Assembly (NCBI GenBank): GCA_950097015.1
Contig: CATNEN010000003.1
Span: 16,075,781 to 16,139,780, forward strand
Length of the DNA stretch: 64,000 nt
Direction of reading: 5' to 3'
DNA from: Macrostomum hystrix
Taxonomy: Eukaryota; Animalia; Platyhelminthes
In this document: piece after piece, positions 11,314 through 24,700 of the stretch
Layout of the letters: every line of letters starts with the position of its first letter
Position numbering within the stretch: the first letter of the stretch is position 1
Made by a program: the position numbers and the translations under genes
The notes under the pieces: generated by a model
What the model saw: only the letters and a program-made list of their open reading frames with translations
Told to the model about the DNA's origin: nothing
Database searches by the model: none

Positions 11314-14229
11314 TGCTCGGACTTTTTCTCTGCTCTCAGAACGAAATGATTTTGCTCTTATTTCTGCTCCTCTTCGTTCCCAGTGTTTCTCTATTTATAG
11401 GTGACAAAGCAGGTGTCGGATTTTATTCATCAGATTTCATAACCCCTACCTAGGGGTTAACTATCCAATAGCGCTTGACTTCCTCGTCAGAAGCAGTCGT
11501 CAGAAAAGTATGTTCTAGCTGCTGCTAGTTCTAACTGAATGATGAAGCAGCTCGTCAAAAAATTATGTTCTAGCTGCTGTTAGCATCCTGTTGCGCTAAA
11601 ACTGAGAAAAATACTCCGTATACAAAATAGGCTGTGTAAGTATGTTAATATAGTAGGCCCTAAAAGCTTTGTCAATATAATAGGCCCTACAGGCTGTTAG
11701 TATAATAGGCCATGCAGTCTTTGTACATACAATAGACCGTATCATTATCGGTCTGTAAATATAATATTTATAGCGCACGCAGTTTACTCTGATATACAAA
11801 AAAGTCTGGATCAGTTCTCTCTAATTAAAATATACTCGTAATTGTCATCTCTACAAGTTTAATGCAGCTATCAGCTGCGTATAAAATATATTAGATCCTA
11901 TACTAATGCTCGTTGTTGATATAATAATATATCCTGCAGCTCTCTGTTAATATTATATCTAGCCTGTTTAGATATAGTCCACGCATATAGAGAGCTTACG
12001 AAAAGGCTGACTTATTCTTCGAACTGTTGATGAATATTTTTATCTTGGCTCTCTGAAAAAAATTAAACTGTAAGCAGGTCGTTCGAGCAGTTTGGCCGGG
12101 CTAAAACTAAGACTAATTAATTTGCTAGTTTGCTTGACACCCTGCATAAAACCTTCGAAATTGAAAGGGGCACTGTCTCTTACTCGATAGTCTATGGTAG
12201 AAGTGGTGAGGAAGGACCCGCCCTGCTTTTAAGCTTGAGCCTGCGGGAGGGCCGCTCTGCGGCCATAGACATTTCCGTATTGTGTGGCTGCGGCCCGAAA
12301 GCTCTTCGCACGTATTAGCAGCAACAAATATTGAAACATTGAATTAAGAGCACTCAATTTCTGCAGCTAAGAAAGCCATTCAACGTAAAACAAACCAAAG
12401 CAATATTTTTAGTCGATATTGTGACGTTGTCATTGAATGTAGATCTAACTAGCGCCGTTTTAACTCATTTTGGAATTTTTTCAATTTAATATTCATTTCC
12501 ACCAATTTTTTTATGTTTTATTGGCTACTTTAAGCAAAAGTTTGAGTACAAAACCATCTTAATTTGTGCGATGCGATCGGAAGTTCTGTGTAATCTGCTA
12601 TCGATAATTTCTTGTTAATAGTTCCATTTTTGCGCGAGCCAATTGTAAGGCCAGTCATAGATTATGCCGGGTCAAAATTAAGCTTCTGTTGGTGCGCCCA
12701 CCCCCAGCCTGCTCCTTATCTATGAGTTATATGTCGGGCTGGAGGCTCGGAGTCGGGACCACCCTTTTCACTCTCCCGTTTTCGTTCCTTCCGCCGCTCC
12801 ACTCCTTAGCGTAGTGAGTTTGCCTTGGTCAGAGAGTGCTGTCCTGCTTACCGGCCGGCATTTCTTAGTGACCAGAAACCTTTGTACCTCGCCACCTAGC
12901 CTTCTAGTCTCAGAAGTGCACCGCCATAAGATCACGCCACGCCTTAGCCACCGGCATCTCAGCCTCTGTTATCCTCACTTCATAATTGTTGCCTGCCGCA
13001 GTGCAAGAAGGGATTCAACCCTATTATATTGTTACCCACGCTGATAACGAGCGAGTCTGTCGGTATACCTATGTCCTCTACGTCGCCAATAATAATATTC
13101 GTCATCGCCTACTATTACCGTCAATGTCTGAGTCATTGTGTAGCTTCCGCTACACAAAACTTCGCCGTGTTTGTCGTTATTTATTTCACCTGGTCCACAC
13201 CGAGAGCGTCACATATTTAATCGTTATGAGATCCATAAGCTAAATTCTACTTGAAATGTGATAATTACAAAAGTTTTATAGAAATAATAGCTAAATCAAT
13301 TTCCATAATATACACCATAAGCAAATACAGTAACTTTCGTTTTCAGCGCTAAATCTTCAAATTCACCGCGGATTCTACAAGAATGACTTTTAGAATAGAC
13401 TCGGCAAATGAAGTCGGTGACTTATTACGGGATGAGTGAGCCGTGATGCATATCAAAGTACTGATAAAGACTTATTAAGACTCTGACTGACCCCTGCCCT
13501 TCCGTTCTATCTCCCAGACCCGCCATAAATCTCTTGGCGTTCAGTGATTAATCAAACTTTCAATAAAGAGAGGGGGCGCAGTGTCTTTAATAATTCGTCC
13601 AGCTTTCCTAATTATCAATACCCGCTATCTATCTATATACTAAAAATGAAAACTATCTATATATATGTATGCGCGATCGATTTTCTCAAAAACGGCTTAA
13701 CCGATTTTCACTATTTCTTCACCAAAAGATGCCAAATATGGGGACAATTTTACACGTATTTTTATTAAGCTTAACTTTATTCCAAAGGGATTAAATATTC
13801 GAAAAACATGTTTTTTTGACTATTTCAAAGGTCAAACTATCTTGGCCTATTGAGAATTTCATTCACTGACTGCCACTGAATTAGAATTGCATCGTCAAAT
13901 TGCGCAACAACCCCTAGCTGATTGAATTTAAAGCCTGCACTCTGGAGACAAATTGGAAATAAATGTACACAACCAACCGCGAGACTAAGTGTACTCTATT
14001 TTCTTTCTTCATTGTACAAAGCCAGAACTTTGAGAATTCATTTTATAAGGCAGATTTTTGCACCCACTAACCAACAGTCGGAATAGCCGATGTGTAGGCA
14101 CTAGGAATAGGTTAGGCTAGGCTAGGGTTCGATTCTGCACTGCGTCAAATCATTTAGACTAATTTTCAGCCAGTAGTGATTGAAGATTATTTTAATTTAT
14201 TTTTTCATTTCGTAAATAAAATATCATAA

Positions 14230-16430
14230 ATCATAGCAAACCTGAGTTTGTCATAGAAAACCTGAGTTTGAATCATGGCTAAACCATAGTCTGAATCATG
14301 GCTAAACCAGAGTTTGAATCATGGCTAAACCAGAGTCTGAATCATGGCTAAACCATAGTCTGAATCATGGCTAAACCAGAGTTTGAATCATAGTTAACCA
14401 GAGTTTGAATCATGGCTAAACCAGAGCTTGAATCATGGCTAAACCAGAGCTTGAATCCTGGCAAAATCAGAGTTTTAATCATGACTAAACCAGATTTTGA
14501 ATCATGGCTAAACCAGAGCTTGAATCATAGCTAAACCAGAGTTTGAATCATGGCAAAACCAGCGTTTGAATCATGGCTAAACCAGCGTTTGAATCATGGC
14601 TAAACCAGCGTTTGAATCCTGGCAAAATCAGAGTTTTAATCATGACTAAACCAGATTTTGAATCATGGCTAAACCAGAGTCTGAATCATGGCTTAACCAG
14701 AGTTTGAATCATGGCTAAACCAGCGTTTGAATCATGGCTAACCTAGAGTCTGAATCATGGCTAAATTTGAATCAAGGCGAAACCAGAGTTTGAATCATGG
14801 CTACACCAGAGTTTGAATCATGGCTAACCTAGAGTCTGAATCATGGCTAAATTTGAATCAAGGCGAAACCAGAGTCTGAATCATGGCAAAACCAGAGTCT
14901 GATTCATGGCTAAACCAGAGTTTGAATCATGGCAAAACAAGAGTTTGAATCATAGTTAACCAGAGTTTGAATCATGGCTAAACCAGAGCTTGAATCATGG
15001 CTAAACCAGAGCTTGAATCATAGCTAAACCAGAGTTTGAATCATGGCAAAACCAGCGTTTGAATCATGGCTAAACCAGCGTTTGAATCATGGCTAAACCA
15101 GCGTTTGAATCCTGGCAAAATCAGAGTTTTAATCATGACTAAACCAGATTTTGAATCATGGCTAAACCAGAGTCTGAATCATGGCTTAACCAGAGTTTGA
15201 ATCATGGCTAAACCAGCGTTTGAATCATGGCTAACCTAGAGTCTGAATCATGGCTAAATTTGAATCAAGGCGAAACCAGAGTTTGAATCATGGCTACACC
15301 AGAGTTTGAATCATGGCTAACCTAGAGTCTGAATCATGGCTAAATTTGAATCAAGGCGAAACCAGAGTCTGAATCATGGCAAAACCAGAGTCTGATTCAT
15401 GGCTAAACCAGAGTTTGAATCATGGCAAAACAAGAGTTTGAATCATAGTTAACCAGAGTTTGAATCATGGCTAAACCAGAGCTTGAATCATGGCTAAACC
15501 AGAGCTTGAATCATAGCTAAACCAGAGTTTGAATCATGGCAAAACCAGCGTTTGAATCATGGCTAAACCAGCGTTTGAATCATGGCTAAACCAGCGTTTG
15601 AATCCTGGCAAAATCAGAGTTTTAATCATGACTAAACCAGATTTTGAATCATGGCTAAACCAGAGTCTGAATCATGGCTTAACCAGAGTTTGAATCATGG
15701 CTAAACCAGCGTTTGAATCATGGCTAACCTAGAGTCTGAATCATGGCTAAATTTGAATCAAGGCGAAACCAGAGTTTGAATCATGGCTACACCAGAGTTT
15801 GAATCATGGCTAACCTAGAGTCTGAATCATGGCTAAATTTGAATCAAGGCGAAACCAGAGTCTGAATCATGGCAAAACCAGAGTCTGATTCATGGCTAAA
15901 CCAGAGTTTGAATCATGGCAAAACAAGAGTTTGAATCATAGTTAACCAGAGTTTGAATCATGGCTAAACCAGAGCTTGAATCATGGCTAAACCAGAGCTT
16001 GAATCATAGCTAAACCAGAGTTTGAATCATGGCAAAACCAGCGTTTGAATCATGGCTAAACCAGCGTTTGAATCATGGCTAAACCAGCGTTTGAATCCTG
16101 GCAAAATCAGAGTTTTAATCATGACTAAACCAGATTTTGAATCATGGCTAAACCAGAGTCTGAATCATGGCTTAACCAGAGTTTGAATCATGGCAAAACC
16201 AGCGTTTGAATCATGGCTAACCTAGAGTCTGAATCATGGCTAAATTTGAATCAAGGCGAAACCAGAGTTTGAATCATGGCTACACCAGAGTTTAAATCAT
16301 GGCTAAAACAGAGTTTGAATCATGGCTAAATTAGAGTTTGAATCATGGTAAAACGAGAGTTTGAATCATAGCCCACCAGGGTTTAAAACATGGCGAAACC
16401 TGAGTTTGAATCTTGGCTAACCCAGCGTTT
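14230..16430. repeat. 23-bp satellite A (gaatcatggctaaaccagagttt) in U1, with 493-bp higher-order repeat
   Basis: Variant gagtttgaatcatagttaacc at 14941, 15434 and 15927. Confidence 0.95.
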
Positions 16431-16434
16431 GAAA

Positions 16435-17535
16435 AATCAACGTCAAACGGGGAGTCATCATCAAAATGGGGATCAAGGTAAACTGGGGGATAATCGTCAA
16501 CTGGAGGATCTTGGTAAACTGGGGGATCTTTGTCAACTGGGGGATCATTGTCAACTGTGGGATCATTGTCAACTGGGGGATCATTGTCAACTGGGGGATC
16601 ATTGTCAACTGGGAATTCATTGTCAACTGGGGCATCATCATCAACTGGGGGATCATCATCAACTGGGGATCATCATCAACTGGGGGATCATTGTCAACTG
16701 GGTGATCATTGTCAAGTGGGGGATCATTGTCAACTGGGGGATCATTGTCAACTGGGGGATCATTGTCAACTGAGTGATCATTGTCAACTGGGGGATCATC
16801 GTCAACTGCGGGATCATTGTCAACTGGGGGATCATGGCCAACCGGCGGGATCATTGTCAACTGGGGGATCATTGTCAACTGGGGGATCATTGTCAACTGG
16901 GGGATCATTGTCATCTGGGGGATCATTGTCAACTGGGGGGATCATTGTCAACTGGGTGATCATCATCAACTGGGGGATCATTGTCAACTGGGGGAACATT
17001 GTCAACTGGAGGAACATTGTTAACTGGGGATCATCATCAATGGGGAGACTTCATCAACTGGGGGATCATTGTGAACTGGGGGATCTTTGTTAACTTTGGG
17101 ATCATTGTCAACTGGGGGATCATTCTCAACTGGGGGATCATTGTCAACTAAAGGATCATTGTGAACTGGGGGATCTTTGTCAACTGGGGGATCATTGTCA
17201 ACTGTGGGATCATTGTCAACTGGGGGATCATTGTCAACTAGCGGATCATCGTCAACTGGGGGATCATTGTCAAATGGGGGATCATTGTCAACTAGGGGAT
17301 CATTGTCAACTGTGGGATCATTGTCAACTGGGGGATCATTGTCAACTGGGGGATCATTCTCAACTGGGGGATCATTGTCAACTGGAGGATCATTGTCAAC
17401 TAGGGGATCATTGTCAAATGGGGGATCATTGTCAACTGGGGGATCGTTGTCAACTGGGGGTTCATTGTCAACTGGGGGATCATCATCAACTAGGGATCAT
17501 CATCAACTGGGGGATCATTGTCAACTGGGGGTTCA
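16435..17535. repeat. 18-bp satellite (gggatcattgtcaactgg) in U1
   Basis: Direct inspection. Confidence 0.95.
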
Positions 17536-17632
17536 TTGTAGCTTTTAAAAGCTGTAAATTCAGCTGCTAAAAAGTATATACTGGACGAATTAAAAATATT
17601 TCTGCTCCCCGAAGGGGGGCAAAACTTGCTAG

Positions 17633-18102
17633 TCTATATAACTAAAGATGAAAACTATCTATATATATATATGTATGCGCGATCGATTTTCTCAAAAACG
17701 GCTTAACCGATTTTCACTATTTCTTCACCAAAAGATGCCAAATATGGGGACAATTATACACGTATTTTTATTAAGCTTAACTTTATTGCTAAGGGGATTA
17801 AATATTCGAAAAACTGTTTTAGATAGGATTTTTAATGCATTCAATCAGAGCCAGTTTTGTCAACGTGCATACCACTGCCAATTTTTATGATTGCATCAGG
17901 GCCAGTTTTGTTAAAAGTGAAATCTGGCGGCAGAATTTCACTGTGTCAAATGTACATAGCTGTGTCAACCCCACTGTACCTTTTCTGGCCTGCCCCGGCC
18001 TGTTTGGCTGACTATAACAATTGAATTGAGGCGTGTGTACCTGCCTACCCCCTTTGAACCAGCCTTGAACCTTTCCTGCCTGCCAATTGAATTGAGATTA
18101 CA
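17633..18102 (+). mobile_element. Helitron U2: first 470 bp of the autonomous element, interrupted at an internal A|TC
   Basis: Matches 20981-21450; stops at ...GAGATTACA, where U5 continues TCATGC and this copy continues with the TCTAATATAC start of U3. Confidence 0.88.
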
Positions 18103-18445
18103 TCTAATATACTAAAAATGAAAATCTTGCTTGCTTGCTTGCTTGCTTGTATGTTTGCAATCGACTAGCTCCCGAACGGCTCAACCGATTTTCGCAATTC
18201 CTTCGCCAAAAGATCACAAATGGGCCGGAATCGGTACACGTATTTTTATTAAGCTTAATTTCATTGCTAAGGGGATTAAATATTCGAAAAACAGTTTTAA
18301 ATAGGCTTTTCTAATGCATTCTTGTTTTCAGCTTGTGCACAGTGAGGCTCCAGTGCCAATTTTTATGATTGCATCAGAGCCAGTTTTGATAACGAACTGA
18401 TAAGAACTCCAGTGAGGCTACCCAGAGGGTAGCGAAGGCAGCTAG
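18103..18445 (+). mobile_element. Helitron U3, 343-bp mini (5' beta, 3' b)
   Basis: TCTAATATACTAAAAATG start; perfect hairpin GCTACCC-AGA-GGGTAGC at 18417-18433; ends CTAG. Confidence 0.9.
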
Positions 18446-20980
18446 TCCAACTATACTAAATCTCTAAAGTCTGTCTGTCTGTCTGTCTGTGGAATTTCGA
18501 TACACAGGCTAAATGCCTCAACCAAATTTGATCGCGTTTTTTGCTAAACATGCCAAATTTTACTGGCATGAGACCTTGAAAATTTCGTTAGTCTGCTTCA
18601 ATGCTAAAAATATTAAATATTCGAAAAACGAGTTTTCCTATTGCTTTTAATAGGAGGCCAAACAAGGTTAAATTAGAATAGGGCCGGACACTGTCAGTTT
18701 TATTAGATTGCATCGGTGCTTTTTCTCGCCCGCGCGTGCATTGGTATAGCACAGAACAGGGCCCGATACTCTCAATTGAATAGGATTGCGTCACTGCTTT
18801 TCGACCCGTACGTACGTTTATAAATTTGTCTCTTGGCTGATCGAGTGATTTGATTTGAATACGCAAAACGTACATATCAGATTTCATGATTGGGCTTTTA
18901 TGATGCTCAATGCTAGCGAGACCTCTCTTCCTCCTTTCTATCCATAAAACTGCAGCCTTTCTATTGTCAAACCTTGTCTCGACTTCGATCATTGTGCCGC
19001 TTTCTTTTCATCTAGCTCCGAAGTAAAGTACTTTAATGCTTTTGTAGAATGCAGGTAGAATTTCAGCATCGGTTTTGTTACTGCTTCTTTTTCTTCTAAT
19101 CTTCTAATCATCAGCAGTTAAAAACGTAAGTTCCTATTTATTTGTACTTTTTGGGCATTTTTGGTTCGAGTATAAATAGTAAGCGATTTTGGTTAGCTAC
19201 TGTCGAAGCAGATATTTGTTAGCTTTATTATTCCTGTACTCCCTTTCAGAAAATAGTATAAGTTTTTTCGAGTATCGGGAATTCGATAATAAAACTAAGG
19301 AAATATTTTTGTGCATAGCTGCAGGCGATATCACAATTGAGAACTGCAAGAAAAAAATATTGAGCGCAGCTAAGAGCGTAAATTATTTCAAATTTTTTTT
19401 GAGCATTGTTTAAAGCGTTATTCTATCAAAAAAATAGCTTATTTAATAATAATAATTATAAAACTTTATTCGACGAACACTGATCGAAACCGTTTTCTAA
19501 AGTGCTCAACGATTTTCTAAATGTGTCCAACGATTTTCTAAATGTGTTTAACAGTTTTCTAAATGTATCTACCGTGCCACATGTAACAGGAGATGTAACA
19601 GGAGATATTTGTTGCCTTCTGGGCTGAGTAAAACGATGGACACATCGTTTCTATGCTATTTGGGGGCAATGGTTTCCTGTCAAAGAAAAAGGGCAAACAT
19701 TTCTTGCTGCGAGTTTGGTAGCCTGCAAGTAGCCTCCATTCTGGTATTATGGAGGTTCTCTTCTGTTTGGAGAACATTAGTTCTCTGCTGCTGGGGGAAT
19801 TAGTCCTCTGCTGCTGGGGGAATTAGTTCTCTGCTGCTCGGGAAATTAGTTCTCTGCTGCTGGGGAAATTAGTTCTCTGCTGCTGGGGGAATTAGTTCTC
19901 TGCTGCTCGGGAAATTAGTTCTCTGCTGCTGGGGAAATTAGTTCTCTGCTGCTGGAGGGGAATTAGTTCTCTGCTGCTGGGGAAATTAGTTCTCATGGCA
20001 AAACCAGCGTTTGAATCATGGCTAAACCAGAGTTTGAATCATGGCTAAACCAGAGTTTGAATCATGGCTAAACCAGCGTTTGAATCATGACCAACCAGAG
20101 TCTGAATCATGGCTAAACCAGAGTTTGAATCATGGCAAAATCAGAGTTTGAATCATGGCAAAACCAGAGTTTGAAACATAGCTAAACCAGAACTGGGGGA
20201 TAATCGTCAACTGTGGGATAATTGTAAACTGGGGAATCATTATCAAATTGGGGATCATGGTCAACTGGGGATCATTGTCAAATGGGGATCATCATCATTT
20301 GGGAGTCATCATCAAATGGGGGATCATGGTCAACTGGGAGATCATTGTCAACTGGGTGATCATCATCAACTGGGGGATCATTGTCAACTAGGGGGTAACA
20401 TTGTCAACTGGGGATCATCATCAATGGGGGATCATAGTCAACTGGGAGATAATTGTCAACTGGGTGATCATCATCAACTGGGGGATCATTGTAACCTGGG
20501 GATCAATGTCAACTGGGGCATCATTGTCAACTGTGGGATCATTGTAAACTGGGGGATCAATGTCAACTGGGGGATCATTGTCAACTGGGTGATCATCATC
20601 AACTGGGGGATCATCATCATCTGGGGGATCATTGTGAACTAGGGGATCGTTGTCAACTGGGGGATCATTGTCAACTGTGGGATCCTTGTCAACTGGGGGT
20701 TCATTGTCAACTATGGGATCTTTGTCAAGTGGGGGATCATTGTCAACTGGGTGATCATCATCAATTAGGGGATCATTGTCAACTGGGGAATCATTGTCGA
20801 CTGGGGGATCATTGTCAACTGGGGGATCATTGTCAACTGGTTGATCATTGTCAACTGGTTGATCATTGTCAACTGGGGGATCATTGTAGCTTTAAAAAGC
20901 TGTAAATTCAGCTGCTAAAAAGTATATACTGGACGAATTAAAAATATTTCTGCTCCCCGAAGGGGGGCAAAACTTGCTAG
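18446..20980 (+). mobile_element. Helitron U4, chimeric non-autonomous (5' delta, 3' a)
   Basis: TCCAACTATACTAAA start with (GTCT)n; ~22-bp repeat at 19775-19995, satellite A at 19995-20190, 18-bp satellite at 20190-20888; hairpin plus CTAG at 20980. Confidence 0.87.
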
Positions 20981-21714
20981 TCTATATAACTAAAGATGAA
21001 AACTATCTATATATATATATGTATGCGCGATCGATTTTCTCAAAAACGGCTTAACCGATTTTCACTATTTCTTCACCAAAAGATGCCAAATATGGGGACA
21101 ATTATACACGTATTTTTATTAAGCTTAACTTTATTGCTAAGGGGATTAAATATTCGAAAAACTGTTTTAGATAGGATTTTTAATGCATTCAATCAGAGCC
21201 AGTTTTGTCAACGTGCATACCACTGCCAATTTTTATGATTGCATCAGGGCCAGTTTTGTTAAAAGTGAAATCTGGCGGCAGAATTTCACTGTGTCAAATG
21301 TACATAGCTGTGTCAACCCCACTGTACCTTTTCTGGCCTGCCCCGGCCTGTTTGGCTGACTATAACAATTGAATTGAGGCGTGTGTACCTGCCTACCCCC
21401 TTTGAACCAGCCTTGAACCTTTCCTGCCTGCCAATTGAATTGAGATTACATCATGCATTCTGTCTAGGCGGTGTACACCTGCATGCATTACTGAATTATA
21501 GTGCACGCTAAGAACGGTATTCTCTCAAACCCCAAAGCCCAAAGCTGTTATACTAGCTACAGTCTGAATTGGGCTGATTTGTTAACAATTCGCCTTCCTA
21601 TAAATTCTAGCATCTTCTCACCTGTTGATCCGCCCCCTTTTCTTGCAAGCTCAAATCTGATTATTCTGAGTCATCAAATATCTGATACACACTAGCATCC
21701 TTATTTTGGAAGTG

Positions 21715-24700
21715 ATGGGTCGACGTGGCGCCAGCCATTTAAAAAAGAGTCGCGAGGCTAAGAAAAAGCGACGAGAAGAGTCAGGTGCTGAACGAGAGGC
21801 GCGTCTAGCAGCACAACGGCAGCGCGAAGCCGAGCGCCGAGCCTCTGAGGCGGACGTGGACAGAGCTGCGCGGCTTGAGGATTTGCGGCAGCGAGAGGCC
21901 GAGCGCCGGGCCTCCGAGACGGACGCCGACAGAGCTGCGCGGCTTGAGGATTTGCGGCAGCGAGAGGCCGAGCGCCGGGCCTCCGAGACGGACGCCGACA
22001 GAGCTGCGCGGCTTGAGGATTTGCGGCAGCGAGAGGCCGAGCGCCGGGCCTCCGAGACGGACGCCGACAGAGCTGCGCGGCTTGAGGATTTGCGGCAGCG
22101 AGAGGCCGAGCGCCGGGCCTCCGAGACGGACGCCGACAGGGCTGCTCGGCTAGAAGGGATGCGGCAGCGAGACGCCGACCGCAGGGCTTCTGAAACCGAC
22201 TTGGAGCGCCAAGCTCGTCTGGATGCCGAGCTGTTACGTCGCCGTCGCTTGTCATTTTCGACGTGAGTTTAATTCGTTATTACATATATATTGGAATCAA
22301 ATTACTGGAATCAAAGAAGTCCTGATGGAATCAAAGAATCAAAGAACTCAAATAATTTCTGCTGGGATCAATTAATTAGTGCTAGCAGCAAATGCATTAA
22401 TGCTGGGATCAAGGAATTAATGCCCGGATCACTGAATTAATGCTTTAATTAATTACTTACCTCTGGTATCAACTTATTACCGCTGGGATAAATTAATAAC
22501 CGCTGGGATTGACTATTTACCACTGGGATCCCGCATTTACCGCTGTGATCGATGTTTTACCACTGGGATTAATTAATTACAGCTGGGATTGATTACTTAA
22601 TGATGGGATCAATTAAGAAACGATTTCAGCGCTAGGAATGACCGCTGGGATCAGAAAATGTATGCTGGGATTAAGTTATTTTTATGTGATCAATGTACTA
22701 CCGCTATAATTGTTTTTGACCGCTGGGATCAATTACTTACGGCTAGGATTAATGAATGAATGAATCACTCGTAATTGGTTGAAGCATTTTAACTGGAATT
22801 TTAACATGTTTTTCCTTCACTGCATTTTCACTTTCTAGGTATGAAAACGCAGAGCAAGCTTTGGTTCCGCTAAATGCCTTTCAAATAATTCGCATAATCG
22901 GTGATGGAAACTGTTTTTTCCATGCCGTTTGTGATCAGTTGCGAGGCACCCCGCTAGAAACTGATGCAGCTTCACTGCGGCGCACTTTGTCAAGCCGTGC
23001 AACTGAACTGATGCCAGAATTAGTGGCTGAAGGCTTTGTACTGCCGGAAGATGCAGACGCCATTGTAAATGCATCTTTTACTGAGGGAACTTATGTGCCA
23101 AATGAAATTGTACCTCTCCTAAGTCGCTGCTTTCAAGTGGACCTGGTTGTTTACCAAGGTAATGGCAATGTATTGCAAATATGTAGATCCTCTGTGCAGC
23201 CTCCTATTGCAGTTGTTTGCGTGCTTCTCAACAATGAGCACTATGAGTCGCTCAGACTTCGAGACCCACTGCATGGAGCAGAGCCTATTGAGGATTCAGA
23301 GTTCCCCACTCCTGCTGCAAGCAGAACACCTGCCAGCAGGACCAAAGTCAACTGGCGCAAGAGACCCGCTGATTCAACTCGGGGTCCTGCTGCTGCTGGC
23401 GGCCTCTCTGGCCGTGGTGCAGGACAAAGTTCGAGTTTTCATGGTCTCCCACATCCAGATGTGGAGACTCACGCCGACAACAGCTCCGGAGCTCAGCAAA
23501 GGTAGTTTATGGGCTGGATTCTTTGGATTATGGGTGGAGCCTGGTGTGCCTGATACTTTGGCTTCCTGCATCAGACCTGGTCCCTTGGTTAATGGTTTCG
23601 CGAGGTAGGAGCCACTGTTAATCACTGCGCGTATAACAATATACTGTCGCATACACTACTTTGTTGGACGCTTCCCATTACCGGTTGTACACTTACTATT
23701 ACCAATAAAGGGCTATACAAAATGGTACCAATATTGTGACCATTGATAATATTGTATTGCCACAGTGTCCCTGTAGCTCATGCAAGCTACCTTGGTCTTT
23801 AACAGCCCGATCGTTTTGAAGCCATCGTGCTGATCAATTATTGAAGAGCAGCAGCTGATTCCATTCGCAGGCGAGCGGCGGCGGCGGCGGCGGTTGCAGC
23901 GCATTCAGCCGGCCGGATGGCCTGGGCATGCGACAAGTGCGGCGCGTTGCGCTGGAAGCTGGAGGCGCCGGGAATCTGCTGCAGCGGCGGCAAAGTCCAA
24001 CTGCCGCTGCCGAATGTGCCAGAGGAGCTGCGGCTACTCTACACGGGCGAGCATGAGAAGAGCAGTGCCTTCCTAAGCAACATCAGGAAGTACAATGCAG
24101 CGCTGCACATGACTTCCTTCGGCGTGAATTACAGAGTTCTTCCCGGTGGCTGCATGAATGTGGTGATTAACGGCCAAATCCATCACAGAATCGGCAGCCT
24201 GCTTCCGAGTGAAGATCGGGGAGCTCAGTTTGTCCAGATTTTCTTCTGCGACTCCGAGTTGGAGACCAGGATGGCCATGGTCCAGGACCTGGACCGTCAC
24301 CTACTGGAACTGCTGCAGAATATTCTGCACCGGGAAAACTCCTATGTGCGGAGCTTCAAGGCTGCAATCGAGCGGCTCAGGGACGACCCCGCACTGCAGG
24401 GGGCGACTCTGGTGATTCGAGCTGATCGGAGGCCCGCTGGTGAACACGCGAGGTGAGCAGAGAGGTCATTCTCATCTATCATTTTGTCTTAGGCTATTTC
24501 TGTATTTATCTTAGCATTTATCTTTTTGAGTTCTCTAATTTCTCTCCCCTTTTACTTTCTCACTCCACTCTCTTGCCATTTTGTCATTCTGATAGTCGTG
24601 ATGTCTTTTTCCACATTCTTCATTGTGTATCATGTACTTTAGAGCTGTTGTATAATTTTGAATACACTCATGTGTTTCGTCAGTACTTTGCAATTGGAAC

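Larger units (their letters stand above)
13632..17632 (+). mobile_element. Helitron U1, non-autonomous (5' type alpha, 3' type a); first unit of the array
   Basis: A|TCTATATACTAAAAATG start (could be 13628); hairpin GCTCCCC-GAA-GGGGGGC at 17604-17620; ends CTAG at 17632. Confidence 0.9.

Noticed and set aside
13880-13910. C/EBP-like TTGCGCAA and ATTGCATC motifs in Helitron heads
   Set aside because: Short motifs recurring only because the elements are homologous; no independent support for regulatory function
16390-17570. Many ORFs of QLGDHC / NWGIIV / STGGSL / MIPQLT repeats (also 20316, 45755-47779, 51178-53202, 57159-59121, 63153-63893)
   Set aside because: Translations of an 18-bp satellite that is open in several frames on both strands, with frequent frameshifts; no evidence of coding
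17648-17890. 80-aa ORF duplicated at 20996..21238 and similar ORFs at 13544 and 43132
   Set aside because: These lie in the non-coding Helitron 5' terminus and span a microsatellite
18588-19803. ORFs inside U4
   Set aside because: No recognisable motifs, non-ATG starts, AT-rich; a captured gene fragment cannot be supported
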